Below the pieces are notes generated by a model, which saw nothing but the letters and a program-made list of their open reading frames with translations, was not told the DNA's origin and did no database searches. DNA of 64,000 bases, taken from a virus (taxonomy: Duplodnaviria; Caudoviricetes). The position numbers and the translations under genes were made by a program. The stretch spans positions 48,403 through 112,402 of IMG/VR virus record IMGVR_UViG_3300020112_001004; one strand, given 5' to 3'. Positions 31,601 to 40,607 of this stretch are shown here, piece by piece; positions within the stretch are counted from its first letter, which is position 1, and each line of letters begins with the position of its first letter.

Positions 31601-33423
31601 ATTACATTTAAACAACAATTTTTCTTTTTCGTTTTTATAAGTCTCAGATAAACATTCAATACCCCACTCTTGGCATTCTAACTTAACTCCTTCTATGGTG
31701 TAATGTTTTTTACCAGAGCATTCCGAACACTTAATCCTCCCATTTTTAACTTTATTCCATACTCTTTCAAACTGATTACCACATTTACACTTAAATTTTA
31801 GTTTGGTAAATCTGTCTATATATTTATCAGATAGACATTCTATTCCTAATTCTTTGCATTTTTCCTTTATTATTTCTATTGTTAATCTCACCTAATCACT
31901 CCCTCCATAGCATAAAATTATAACTTAAAAACTATAAACCACTTAGTATTTCTTCTAATATTCCCCGATATTTTTTGAAAAGCATTACTGCTTAACCGAC
32001 CAACTGTTTAGTCACTATATCTGATGCGATACCTAGGTCTAAATTCCCAGCAGCTGCCAAAGCTACCACTGAATCAAGGGCTGCCAACTGTTTGGAACTA
32101 TCCCAACCAGCCATACCCATATAGTACAATGCCTCCAATGTTGTTACCCTATAGGCTTTTTGTCCTATAGCTCTTATAGTTTCCTATAAGTTCGGCATAT
32201 ATCATCTTCCCAGTGGGAAGTCGAGCACTCGTGGATTACTACTTGTTGGTAGTAAATAGTAAAACTATAACATTATATTCTTTTTATATTTAATATAAAA
32301 AGTTTCAGTTTCTATGCTCTACACTACTAAATACTTTTTAATTTATTTAGTTAGCTCGGTATCACCATATAATATTATATACACTAAAGTATAGATTATT
32401 ACTTAGGTTTCACCGATTTTGCTCGATTGTTCGATATACATTACTGTATAAAGGGGCAATTCTACCCGCTTGAGTTGCACTATATTTAGTTGATGCTCCA
32501 ACTCTTTTAGCAGCCGATTCTAATAGTTGCATTTCTGAAGTTGTTGCTCCAGAAACAGCTTCTACCATGCTCATTTGAGCAGTAAATTCCATCATTTCGT
32601 TTACGGCATATCCAATACCAGCCATTCCAGCACCAAAAGCTGTTGTCATAGCAGTACCAAAAGCTATAGCATTATCTCCACTTGCCTTAAGTGACCTTGC
32701 CATATCTTCAACACTACCAGCTGCTGTTTTCGCCTCACTAGTTATGCCTCTAATTGCTGTTTGGGCTTCTCTTAAATTACCTGTTTGTATGTTATTAATT
32801 TTATCTGTAAAACTAGTAATTTCGTTCGCAGAAAGCCCTTTTAGACTTGTTACATACTCGGTTGCTTGAGTTTTCATCTGGCTTAATTGTGTGCTATTTT
32901 TAGCTAATGCACTTTCATAAGCTCTTTCTTTTTGTTCTCTAGTATTAAGTAAATTGTTGAATTGAGTTACGCTTGAGTTTAATTTTCCTCTTTCAGCCAA
33001 CTCAAATCCTACTGCATTTTGTTGTTTTGTTACAGTGTCTAAAGCACCTTGTAAGTTGGTTTTATATTCTCCTGTTGCACTTATTAAATTCTTTCTAATT
33101 GCAAACTCTTCATTTTGTAGTTTATTTAATTGTGCATATAAAGATACAATTTCATTTAATCCAGCTTTACTACCAGAAATACCGTCAGTGTCTAATTTCG
33201 AGCTGGTCGGAGTATCTGTGTTTATCCCAACATTAACATTTGCTCCAGCATCTTGTAATTCCTTAATTTTAGCCAAGGCATCGTCAAGATTCCCCATGTC
33301 CACGTCTACTGCCACAGCTATGGTTTGACCATCAAAGTTTTTGATTAAAGCCTGTAACTGGTCAGCCACACCAGCGTCATTCAACTCTACGGACACTGTT
33401 ACTTTTAAATCGCCACTTGCCAT
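25631..33423 (-). CDS. Tail tape measure protein, spliced from 6 exons (1772 aa)
   Basis: Exons 33423-32464, 32135-32010, 30767-30568, 30280-30055, 29750-29637, 29323-25631 join in frame (5319 nt), giving TP901-type TMP core: SATQAG|EALYYMGMAGW..SDIVT|DAITAMG..MANAGI|KSTTAGQALR..GKTG|MAGLLAIMN..MLD|NLKGD. Confidence 0.92.
26300..26920 (-). repeat. Six 36-aa (108 bp) repeats in TMP C-terminal region
   Basis: P(D/N)Y(N/D)G...NV(G/A) units at 36-aa period. Confidence 0.85.
29324..29636 (-). ncRNA. Group I intron 5 of TMP gene (313 nt, ORF-less)
   Basis: 5' exon GGAU pairs with intron GUCC (U.G); R GUAACGCAUA, S GAUAUAUGC; ends ..ACAUUG. Confidence 0.9.
29751..30054 (-). ncRNA. Group I intron 4 of TMP gene (304 nt, ORF-less)
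   Basis: 5' exon GGGU pairs with GCCC; R GUAACGCAUAG, S GAUAUAUGC; ends AACAAAAUUG. Confidence 0.9.
30281..30567 (-). ncRNA. Group I intron 3 of TMP gene (287 nt, phase 2, ORF-less)
   Basis: 5' exon GGGAU pairs with GUCCC; P AAAAUCGGUGAAA, R GUAACGCAUAG, S GAUAUAUGC; ends AACAAAAUCG. Confidence 0.9.
30768..32009 (-). mobile_element. Group I intron 2 of TMP gene (1242 nt) carrying an endonuclease ORF
   Basis: 5' exon GACU pairs with GGUC; canonical R GUAACGACUAG and S GAAGAUAUAGUC; ends ACUAUUG. Confidence 0.9.
30965..31891 (-). CDS. Intron-encoded putative homing endonuclease (3 Cys repeats plus Vsr/DUF559-like PD-(D/E)XK domain)
   Basis: Three CxCG..F...W..VK...CxxC repeats; SFGE, LPFDF, VEFDGRQH, DNIK..FC...LIRIP; RBS ggagg. 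Confidence 0.82.
   Translation of the reverse strand: MRLTIEIIKEKCKELGIECLSDKYIDRFTKLKFKCKCGNQFERVWNKVKNGRIKCSECSGKKHYTIEGVKLECQEWGIECLSETYKNEKEKLLFKCNCGEIFERTWSDVKHGRQRNCLKCKGRKTRDRCVFTIEEIREKCKDLNITCLSSEYVNAKTFMRFKCKCGNEFCTTWDSVKSQNKVRCDVCTKKISFGELKILNFLQENNINFKQQYKIKECRDKKELPFDFAVFDKDNNLKLLVEFDGRQHYEPWVIGEITQEEAEENLANTKRRDNIKTQFCLDNNIKLIRIPHWDINNIETILKPYVNI
32136..32463 (-). ncRNA. Group I intron 1 of TMP gene (328 nt, ORF-less)
   Basis: 5' exon GGGU pairs with GCCC; P AAAAUCGGUGAAAC, Q GAUACCGAG, R GUAGAGCAUAG, S GAUAUAUGC; ends AACAUUG. Confidence 0.9.
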
Positions 33424-33470
33424 TTTATCCCTCCTTTTAATCTTAGGGCTAAGCCTTAACTAGCCTAACC

Positions 33471-33890
33471 CTAGCCAACTTCAAATCCAGCAGATTCCAA
33501 TGCTTCCCTAACAATATCCACGTGCTTGGTTCCCATTTCATCTACTGTAGCAGATATAAAGTCTCTCGGAGGTACATTAATCCAATGATAACCAGTAGCA
33601 TATAAGATTATATCGTCCAGTCTTCTTCCATTAAATCTACCCACTGTATTATTTACTAAATTCATTTCATACCCGTTTCCTCCTCCAGAAACAGATACGT
33701 TAAAGTTACCCATATCTGAGAAACCACCACCGTCCATACGTCTACCATAATAGTCATTAACTGGAGTATATGCTCCATATACAGAAGAATGAACAGCTTT
33801 ATTGTGTGCTTCTTTTAATGCTTTTTCCATATTACCTTGTGTAGAGTCTATTGTTTTTCTTATTTTATCTAAGATTTGTTCTATATCCAT
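33471..33890 (-). CDS. Putative tail component
   Basis: Position before TMP; VYGAYTP..Y.RR and PRDF motifs. Confidence 0.6.
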   Translation of the reverse strand: MDIEQILDKIRKTIDSTQGNMEKALKEAHNKAVHSSVYGAYTPVNDYYGRRMDGGGFSDMGNFNVSVSGGGNGYEMNLVNNTVGRFNGRRLDDIILYATGYHWINVPPRDFISATVDEMGTKHVDIVREALESAGFEVG

Positions 33891-34540
33891 TATTCACCCT
33901 TCTCTTCGGCTCTTTTAATTTGATTTTGCATTCTAGCTAAAATTTCTTCTGGAGTTTCTCCTCTTTTTCTTCTTTTTGGTTTTGGTGTTGGTTTAATAGA
34001 TTCTTGTTTAGCAATTTGTTCTTCTTTGTTCTTTTTTCTGTTTTGTTCTTTAACTATTTCTTTATTTACTTTTTCAAAATCTTCTAGAAGCTTTTTGTCC
34101 TTAGATTTAGTTTCCTCTATACTGTCAACGATTTCTTGTAAAAACTCCTTGTAAGTTTCTGAGCACATAACTCCTAAAACCTTTATAGCTGTTTCTAATA
34201 GAACACTAGGGTTTAAAGATACTTGAGCCAATATCAATCCCCTGTTTTCATCTTGAGGGAATTCTATATCACTAACCCTTTCTAGTAGGTCTAATATTTC
34301 TAAATTTTTTGTTTGAATTATTAGCTCTGCATTTTCTTCGTCTACCTTTTTTGGGGCAAAAATTTGTCTTGCTATTTGTTTATCGGCTGGTTGAAATTCA
34401 TATATCATTATTTTTTCTTCTATATCTGCATACTTATCAAAGTCCTTATCAACAACTAAAATATTGCTTTTATCTTTTTGTACTATTAAGTATTTAATTC
34501 TTCTTTCTTCTTTTTTTGCTATTAAGTCTATTAATTGCAT
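33890..34540 (-). CDS. Hypothetical protein (possible tail assembly chaperone)
   Basis: Between tail tube gene and TMP; function inferred from synteny only. Confidence 0.55.
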   Translation of the reverse strand: MQLIDLIAKKEERRIKYLIVQKDKSNILVVDKDFDKYADIEEKIMIYEFQPADKQIARQIFAPKKVDEENAELIIQTKNLEILDLLERVSDIEFPQDENRGLILAQVSLNPSVLLETAIKVLGVMCSETYKEFLQEIVDSIEETKSKDKKLLEDFEKVNKEIVKEQNRKKNKEEQIAKQESIKPTPKPKRRKRGETPEEILARMQNQIKRAEEKGE

Positions 34541-34572
34541 AAAAAATATCCCTTCCTTGTTTGAAATTTGGT

Positions 34573-34598
34573 AAAAAAAATAGGGGATAAATCCCCTA
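34573..34598 (-). terminator. Intrinsic terminator after major tail gene
   Basis: taggggat-tt-atccccta followed by T-run on - strand. Confidence 0.7.
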
Positions 34599-34632
34599 AA
34601 TATGTATAAAAGGAGAGATTGCTCTCCTTTTC

Positions 34633-35388
34633 TTATGCGTCTACTCTTTCACTTAAGTAAATTTTTCCTAAGCTACCATCATTACCAGCTAGAACGGTAA
34701 ACTCATATTTAGAGTTGTTACCAGTTCTTTCAGCACTCATGGAAGAACTAAAGTCAGCACTCATCTTTACAGATGGGAATTCATAAGTTAAATCAACTAC
34801 TTTTTTATCTTCTGTAGAAATTATATAAGTTGTTAAATACATAGCTACACCACTTGGGAAGTTGTTAGCGTTAATTTCTATTATTTCAGTCTTATCACTT
34901 GTTATAGCTTCATAGACTACTCTAACTTTATCGTTTTCTGCTACATCTTCTAAAGTTAATTCTTTAGCGTCTCCTTCGAATGCTATTTCTCCATCTTTAG
35001 TGTAAACCTTTAATAATCCACCAACAACTCTTTCGCAATCTATGGTTACTTTATTTTGAGCATCTACGATTTTAGATTCAATTCTAACTGTCTTTCCTGC
35101 TCCTTTTATAACCTTAGCTCCGTTTTGTCTAGCTAATAGCTCATAATTAAACACTGGTGTTTCTGCGCTTACTTTTATTTCTTTAGAAGAAGATAATGTA
35201 GCTATTACACCATTACCTTTACCACCTTGTATGTTTATGCTAGAAGTTGATTGAGTTATTTCTGAACTTACTAGTTTGTCAGCTACTATTATTTCGTTAG
35301 TATCTCTGTCTATTATGATTAAGTCATAGATGTCTGTTTGTAAATAGTTATTATAGTTACTATTTAATAAGCTTTGTACTGTTCCCAT
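34633..35388 (-). CDS. Major tail (tube) protein
   Basis: IQGGKGNG motif, size, synteny, followed by terminator. Confidence 0.72.
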   Translation of the reverse strand: MGTVQSLLNSNYNNYLQTDIYDLIIIDRDTNEIIVADKLVSSEITQSTSSINIQGGKGNGVIATLSSSKEIKVSAETPVFNYELLARQNGAKVIKGAGKTVRIESKIVDAQNKVTIDCERVVGGLLKVYTKDGEIAFEGDAKELTLEDVAENDKVRVVYEAITSDKTEIIEINANNFPSGVAMYLTTYIISTEDKKVVDLTYEFPSVKMSADFSSSMSAERTGNNSKYEFTVLAGNDGSLGKIYLSERVDA

Positions 35389-35416
35389 TTTATTATTCCT
35401 CTCTTAAATTATTTTT

Positions 35417-36166
35417 TTATATAAGAGTTCCACCAAATTTCTTTAATAGACCCTTATCTTCTTCGGGGATTAGTTCTATTCCACCCGATAAATTTGGTAT
35501 GGTTACTCCTTTTGTTCCCACTACACAAGCAAAAGCCACCATATCCTCGTGGGAACTTATCTGATGTATTCTCATAAAATCAGACATAATTTGATAATAT
35601 GTTTCTTGCGCCAACATACTATAACTATTTCCTGTTTTTATTCTTATAGTAGAAATAACATCTTCTATAGTGATGTTGTCTCCACCATTTTTCCTCTTGT
35701 GGACTTCTCTAACTTCTTTCATTAAGTTTTCTATAGTCTCTGAACCGTAGGAAATTTTTTTAGGTATTAAATTTTGTTCCATTACAACAATTCTAAATTC
35801 GTCGTAATTATTTTTATCTATTATTATATTATTTTTAATTAAGAATTTTTCTCCATCATACACTATTTCATTGTCCTTAAGTTTTAAACTCATAGCCATA
35901 ACCATCATGATACAGTTTATTTTATATCTAATTATTTTATCATCATCATAGCCTAACTCGTATAAAATATCTATTACATTATCTTCTACTTCTCCGAATA
36001 TAACTGCCTCTAAGTTGGTTTCATATTCACAATCATAAACACTTTCCTTGGAGTATTTAAGAATCCAACTGTACTGTGAAAACTTTTCATAATCTGTTAT
36101 TAGTATTGGATAAACTAATCCTATACCTTGTATTTTCCTAGGTTGTCCTAAAAGGTCACATAACAT
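35417..36166 (-). CDS. Structural-module hypothetical protein
   Basis: IDKNNYDEFR..VM.QN and TYYQ motifs; between head completion and tail tube genes. Confidence 0.6.
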   Translation of the reverse strand: MLCDLLGQPRKIQGIGLVYPILITDYEKFSQYSWILKYSKESVYDCEYETNLEAVIFGEVEDNVIDILYELGYDDDKIIRYKINCIMMVMAMSLKLKDNEIVYDGEKFLIKNNIIIDKNNYDEFRIVVMEQNLIPKKISYGSETIENLMKEVREVHKRKNGGDNITIEDVISTIRIKTGNSYSMLAQETYYQIMSDFMRIHQISSHEDMVAFACVVGTKGVTIPNLSGGIELIPEEDKGLLKKFGGTLI

Positions 36167-36726
36167 TACAATCTTACTCCATTAAAATTCATACTAGGGG
36201 TAACTATCTCGAAAAACAGAGTTAATCCAACAAAATCTGGCTGTTTGCTAATTCTATAGTGCTGATGTTTTTTAAGTTCTGCCTTAGAAGCCCCAACAAT
36301 CTCTTTCTTATCTAATAAGGCTGTTACATAGGCTGCTAATTGTAACAAGCGCTCTTGACCCAAGCCTTCTACATTAGCATTTTCTTTAGTAGGGCAAACT
36401 ATATCTATCGCATAACTGTTTTTAGAGAACTCTTGTTCAAAAGTACCTTCTGCGATATGAATTAAAATTAAAGGCGTAGCAGTTTCAACAATTTTGCCAT
36501 AATCCATACGGGGTATAATACTTTTTTCTATAAGAGAATCTTCTATATCGTCCTGTTTTATAAAAGTTCCATCACCCAGTCTAGCCCTTTTGGCGTTTGG
36601 GCAGTCTGTCATATATGTTAAATATCTCTTTATTTCTTGACATTCATCTATCCTTTTAACAATCTCATTTTTAAAGGCTATTACTCTGGCAAATATATTT
36701 TCTTCAGCACTTAGTTCAATTCCCAT
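36166..36726 (-). CDS. Putative tail terminator/head-tail joining protein
   Basis: Synteny and size. Confidence 0.55.
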   Translation of the reverse strand: MGIELSAEENIFARVIAFKNEIVKRIDECQEIKRYLTYMTDCPNAKRARLGDGTFIKQDDIEDSLIEKSIIPRMDYGKIVETATPLILIHIAEGTFEQEFSKNSYAIDIVCPTKENANVEGLGQERLLQLAAYVTALLDKKEIVGASKAELKKHQHYRISKQPDFVGLTLFFEIVTPSMNFNGVRL

Positions 36727-36728
36727 TT

Positions 36729-37691
36729 TTATACCTCCTTGATTAATATATCCTTGAATCCAACTACTTCTCCTTCTCTTTCAACTATTAGTTGTACGTA
36801 TTGTCTTTTCTTTTTACCTTTTATTTTACAAGTTTTACTGTCTAACACTTCAATAGATGCCAACTCTTCATCGTCCAACCTAAATGTTAACCCTTCTAAA
36901 TTAACCTTGTATATGCCCTCTTTTATAATACTATCTTCTCCGATTATGCTTACTTCTTCCACCTCTTTGTGCAACTCTTTCTTCTCTCCATTAAAAGCTA
37001 ACATGTTTTCTATATCATCTTCTTCAACCAAAACCCCTTGCTTGGCGAAAATAGTAACCTTACTAACTGGTGCACAGTCAATTAGTTCTATTTCATAAGC
37101 TTTAGCAGTGTTTAAATGAGGCAATAATATTCTTTGCCCTTCTCTAAAATACTTTTTGGCTATTTCCATTCTTACCTCAAATATCAGCTTTGAATCTGTA
37201 TAGTCAATTATTAAACTAGCTCTCTCATGGATCTCATTTGAATAGTTTTGCATTTTGGAAGAAGAGTGTCTTGAACGAATAGGAATACCTACTATCTTAC
37301 CATCGCTTAATACATTCACCTTGTTATTACATGGTGTTACTTTAAATTTTTTGTGCGATGGAACAGCCAATCCTTCCTCTAAAGTGACCATCCAGATAGT
37401 ACCCTCTTTACAAAAAGAAGCTTCTTCAAAGACAACATAATCCCCTATATTTAGTTTTGAGTCTGGTAGTGTGGTAATATATTTTTCATCACCGTAGTTG
37501 TTTTCTGCATTCAAATCTATTACAGCACATTTACCTTGTATTGTTTCATCTTCTAAATTTTTATAAATAGAAACATTAGGTGTAGAATCTAAATAGAGTT
37601 TAAAATCCTCTATCATCTGCTGGGTTACAGAGTCTTTATCGTTTAAACCAGAGCCACTATTTCTAGCTCTCCATCTATCCATATATCCCAA
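36729..37691 (-). CDS. Putative head closure protein with Ig-like C-terminus
   Basis: Synteny; IGDYV..W motif; Ig-like tail. Confidence 0.55.
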   Translation of the reverse strand: MGYMDRWRARNSGSGLNDKDSVTQQMIEDFKLYLDSTPNVSIYKNLEDETIQGKCAVIDLNAENNYGDEKYITTLPDSKLNIGDYVVFEEASFCKEGTIWMVTLEEGLAVPSHKKFKVTPCNNKVNVLSDGKIVGIPIRSRHSSSKMQNYSNEIHERASLIIDYTDSKLIFEVRMEIAKKYFREGQRILLPHLNTAKAYEIELIDCAPVSKVTIFAKQGVLVEEDDIENMLAFNGEKKELHKEVEEVSIIGEDSIIKEGIYKVNLEGLTFRLDDEELASIEVLDSKTCKIKGKKKRQYVQLIVEREGEVVGFKDILIKEV

Positions 37692-37699
37692 CTCAACAC

Positions 37700-38116
37700 C
37701 TACTTTCTATTAAATTTCTTTTTAAATTTTTCTGTAGAATATCTACTTAAAAAGTAGTGAAAATCTTTACTTGCGTCTTCTTTAAGTTCTCTCATAGCTG
37801 ATATGAACTTAGCTTGAGAAAATATACTGTAATCTTTGTCAGAAACCCTGTTTCTCATGTTATCGGCATTCAATATCTTTGGAGTTATCCATTCCAATAC
37901 CATACCCAAGGAAATTAAATCTTTCTCTAGGTATGTTAGTTCTCTATTAAAACTATCCCCCACTATATCAACGTCATCTATGGGAATACATCTCCCTAGA
38001 GATACTTGCACATACATGTCTAGCTGTTCTAACATTTCCTCTTCTGCCATTAAGGCTAAATCTCTATCTTTTATTCTACTTAAAAACAATTCATAAACTT
38101 CTATTAAAGTAGTCAT
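37700..38116 (-). CDS. Putative head-tail adaptor
   Basis: MT...EVYELFL..IKD, FN.ELT..E..L...M..EW, DYSIFSQA pattern; synteny. Confidence 0.62.
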   Translation of the reverse strand: MTTLIEVYELFLSRIKDRDLALMAEEEMLEQLDMYVQVSLGRCIPIDDVDIVGDSFNRELTYLEKDLISLGMVLEWITPKILNADNMRNRVSDKDYSIFSQAKFISAMRELKEDASKDFHYFLSRYSTEKFKKKFNRK

Positions 38117-38127
38117 TATAGCACTTC

Positions 38128-38844
38128 CTATCTAGCGTCTAAGAGTGACTTCCCAAGAATCTCTTCTAGTTCTTGTATCATATAGATATTGCCGTAGCCT
38201 TCTTCTTTGTATTTTCTATATACCATACTAGCCACTAGTTCTTTATATAGATTAGTAGACTTATTTAATATTCTTTTAATTTCTTCAACGTCATAGTCTA
38301 ATAACTCTTCTATTGGTATCATTCTTTCTTCCACGTCTCTAAGGTTTAAATAATCTTTTAACATTTCGATGATTTTTCCGTCCATAGAATCTTCGACCAT
38401 AACTAATTCCGGAGTTGTAAGGTAAGCCTTGCTTCTGCTGTGAAGAGATAACACTTCCCCAACTGTTAAAGTTTCTTCTGCTCCAGATTCGTCCCAATAA
38501 TACTCGCTCTCTGTTTTTTTATCTTTATAGACAACTTTTCCATTAACGATAGACATTAAAGTCACTGACTCTTTTGCTAATTTGTTTAAATCTTGGCGTG
38601 TTACTCTTGCCTTCTTTTTTACTTCTTTGCTAACCTTTTTTATTGCTTCATTCTTTTCTTCTTCTTCTTTTTCTGACTGCCCTTGTAAGACCCCTTGAAT
38701 CATAGCCCCCAACATTGGTGTCATGGCTTCTAATACACCCTTTATTATTTCTTGAGTGTCTACGTTGGCATTTTTATTACTCTTAGAATCTGCTTCTCCT
38801 GTCTTTTTTGTTGTTCTTTTTTTTGTTGTTTTATTTTCTTCCAT
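38128..38844 (-). CDS. Hypothetical protein after capsid gene
   Basis: RBS ggagg; K-rich N-terminus; YYWDE.G motif. Confidence 0.65.
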   Translation of the reverse strand: MEENKTTKKRTTKKTGEADSKSNKNANVDTQEIIKGVLEAMTPMLGAMIQGVLQGQSEKEEEEKNEAIKKVSKEVKKKARVTRQDLNKLAKESVTLMSIVNGKVVYKDKKTESEYYWDESGAEETLTVGEVLSLHSRSKAYLTTPELVMVEDSMDGKIIEMLKDYLNLRDVEERMIPIEELLDYDVEEIKRILNKSTNLYKELVASMVYRKYKEEGYGNIYMIQELEEILGKSLLDAR

Positions 38845-38909
38845 AAAATCCTCCTATAATATCTTGTGGGTATGAAGCCACTCCAATATTACAGGAGTGG
38901 GATTCAATA

Positions 38910-39929
38910 CTATTGTAATACTATTTTACCCATCATTTTATTGTAAACAACTTCAGCACCCATCTTGTAGATAACTGTGTGTTCTATTGTTCTATCTCTG
39001 TTTTCTGGAGCGTCAGAAGTGTCTAAAACTTCTACTTGTCCTTCTGTAACTAATTTAACTAATTTATCATTACCTGTTAAAATATATAATTCATCGTTTG
39101 GTAATATGAATACGTCTTCACCCTTTTTGTGAACTTGTGGTAATTCAACGCATTCTACACCTTGCCATATAGGTAATACACCTTTGTTGTTTAAAGTGTT
39201 CTTCATATCGTCAGAGTAAGCGATGTGTTGTATATCTTGTAATTTTCTTAAAGCAACTCTAGTACCAACTATTCTAGCTTTTTGTTTAGTACTAGCTTCA
39301 ACATGTGCAACAACTTCTAATATCTTTTCTACGTCGTATGCTCCTGTGAATAAATAAGGAGTTGGTAATCCTGCTAAAGCTAAAGTTAAAGTAGAAACTA
39401 CTAAATTAACTTTTTCTTTTAATAAAGCTTCTGAAATTAAAGCAACGAATTGGTTGAAAGTAACTCTTCCTGCTGCAACTCTTTCAACAAATTCATAAAC
39501 CTTAATACCAAAGTTTCTCATGCTAACTCCAAATTTTTGTCCTATGTCTATTCTTTGTCTTCTGATATCGAAGTGAGAACCAGAAAATTCTGCAACTTCT
39601 AAAGCATTTTCTCCTTCAATGTAGAATTCATTAGTGTCACCTAAAGCTAAGTTTCTTTCTTCAACGAAAGATAACCAGAAAGCGTCAACCTCTTTTTCTC
39701 CATCTTGAATGTTTTGTTCTATAACGTCTTCTATAATGTTGAATACGATATCGCTGTGACTTCTCATAGCTCTTCTAAAAGCTTTAGCGTCGTATTTTGA
39801 CATTCCTAACATATTTAATAATTCTTCTCTTAATATTTCATCTCTTTCAGCTAAAGAAATACCAGCAAATCTTGATGGTACTACTCCTTTGTAGTTTTCG
39901 TAAATTATTTGTCCAAAAGTTTTACTCAT
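38910..39929 (-). CDS. Major capsid protein
   Basis: 339 aa, FNIIE, FVEERN.ALGD..EF, IRRQRI; position after protease and decoration genes; followed by hairpin. Confidence 0.82.
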   Translation of the reverse strand: MSKTFGQIIYENYKGVVPSRFAGISLAERDEILREELLNMLGMSKYDAKAFRRAMRSHSDIVFNIIEDVIEQNIQDGEKEVDAFWLSFVEERNLALGDTNEFYIEGENALEVAEFSGSHFDIRRQRIDIGQKFGVSMRNFGIKVYEFVERVAAGRVTFNQFVALISEALLKEKVNLVVSTLTLALAGLPTPYLFTGAYDVEKILEVVAHVEASTKQKARIVGTRVALRKLQDIQHIAYSDDMKNTLNNKGVLPIWQGVECVELPQVHKKGEDVFILPNDELYILTGNDKLVKLVTEGQVEVLDTSDAPENRDRTIEHTVIYKMGAEVVYNKMMGKIVLQ

Positions 39930-39978
39930 AATTATTAATCCCCTCTATCGTTTTTAAATTATTTTTTTCTCTATATTA

Positions 39979-40563
39979 TTAAGCTATGATTACTTCTAAA
40001 GAAACCATTTTGTAAGGTGCTGGTTTTCTAACAGCTTTTCCAGTTACTTTGTCGTAAACAACTGTTACAGCTTTGCTAGAATCTTTGATTTGGATAACTT
40101 TAAAGTTAACTTGTCCTGCTACTACAGCATTAGTTTTTTCAAGTTGAGCACCTTCTGCTAAAGTAGCGTTTATTTTAACTACGTCCCCAACTTTTAATCC
40201 TGCTATTCCACCAACGAAATAATCTTCAGAAAATCCTAATACGTCGTGGTTTGATAATATAACACAAGCAAGTGGAGCACCTTCTCTGTTTCTGAAATCT
40301 CCTAAAGCTCTATCAACTCTTGAATCGTCTTTGTAGTTAATTTCTGGCATTTGCACTACTGCAATTTCTGTTCCCTCTGGAGCTAATGCAACATGTATTT
40401 CTCTTTCAGCTACTTTGTTTGGAGTAGTTTCAGCTAATTCCATGTCTCCTAATTTTACTAAAGTTCCGTTAGGTAAAGCCATAGCCTCCTCTGGACGGCA
40501 AGTCATCATTCTTACTCTTAAATTTGCGATATTTTCGCTATCAAATCTTAAATATTTACTCAT
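39979..40563 (-). CDS. Capsid decoration/minor head protein
   Basis: NG.LVKLG motif; immediately upstream of MCP. Confidence 0.65.
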   Translation of the reverse strand: MSKYLRFDSENIANLRVRMMTCRPEEAMALPNGTLVKLGDMELAETTPNKVAEREIHVALAPEGTEIAVVQMPEINYKDDSRVDRALGDFRNREGAPLACVILSNHDVLGFSEDYFVGGIAGLKVGDVVKINATLAEGAQLEKTNAVVAGQVNFKVIQIKDSSKAVTVVYDKVTGKAVRKPAPYKMVSLEVIIA

Positions 40564-40607
40564 GAATATAATCTCCCTTTTTTAAATTATTTTTTTTTAA
40601 TTTGTTT

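Noticed and set aside
29324-33423. TMP as a degraded pseudogene or frameshifted gene
   Set aside because: Precise U|...G| excisions restore the frame at all five sites, and the inserts have group I cores.
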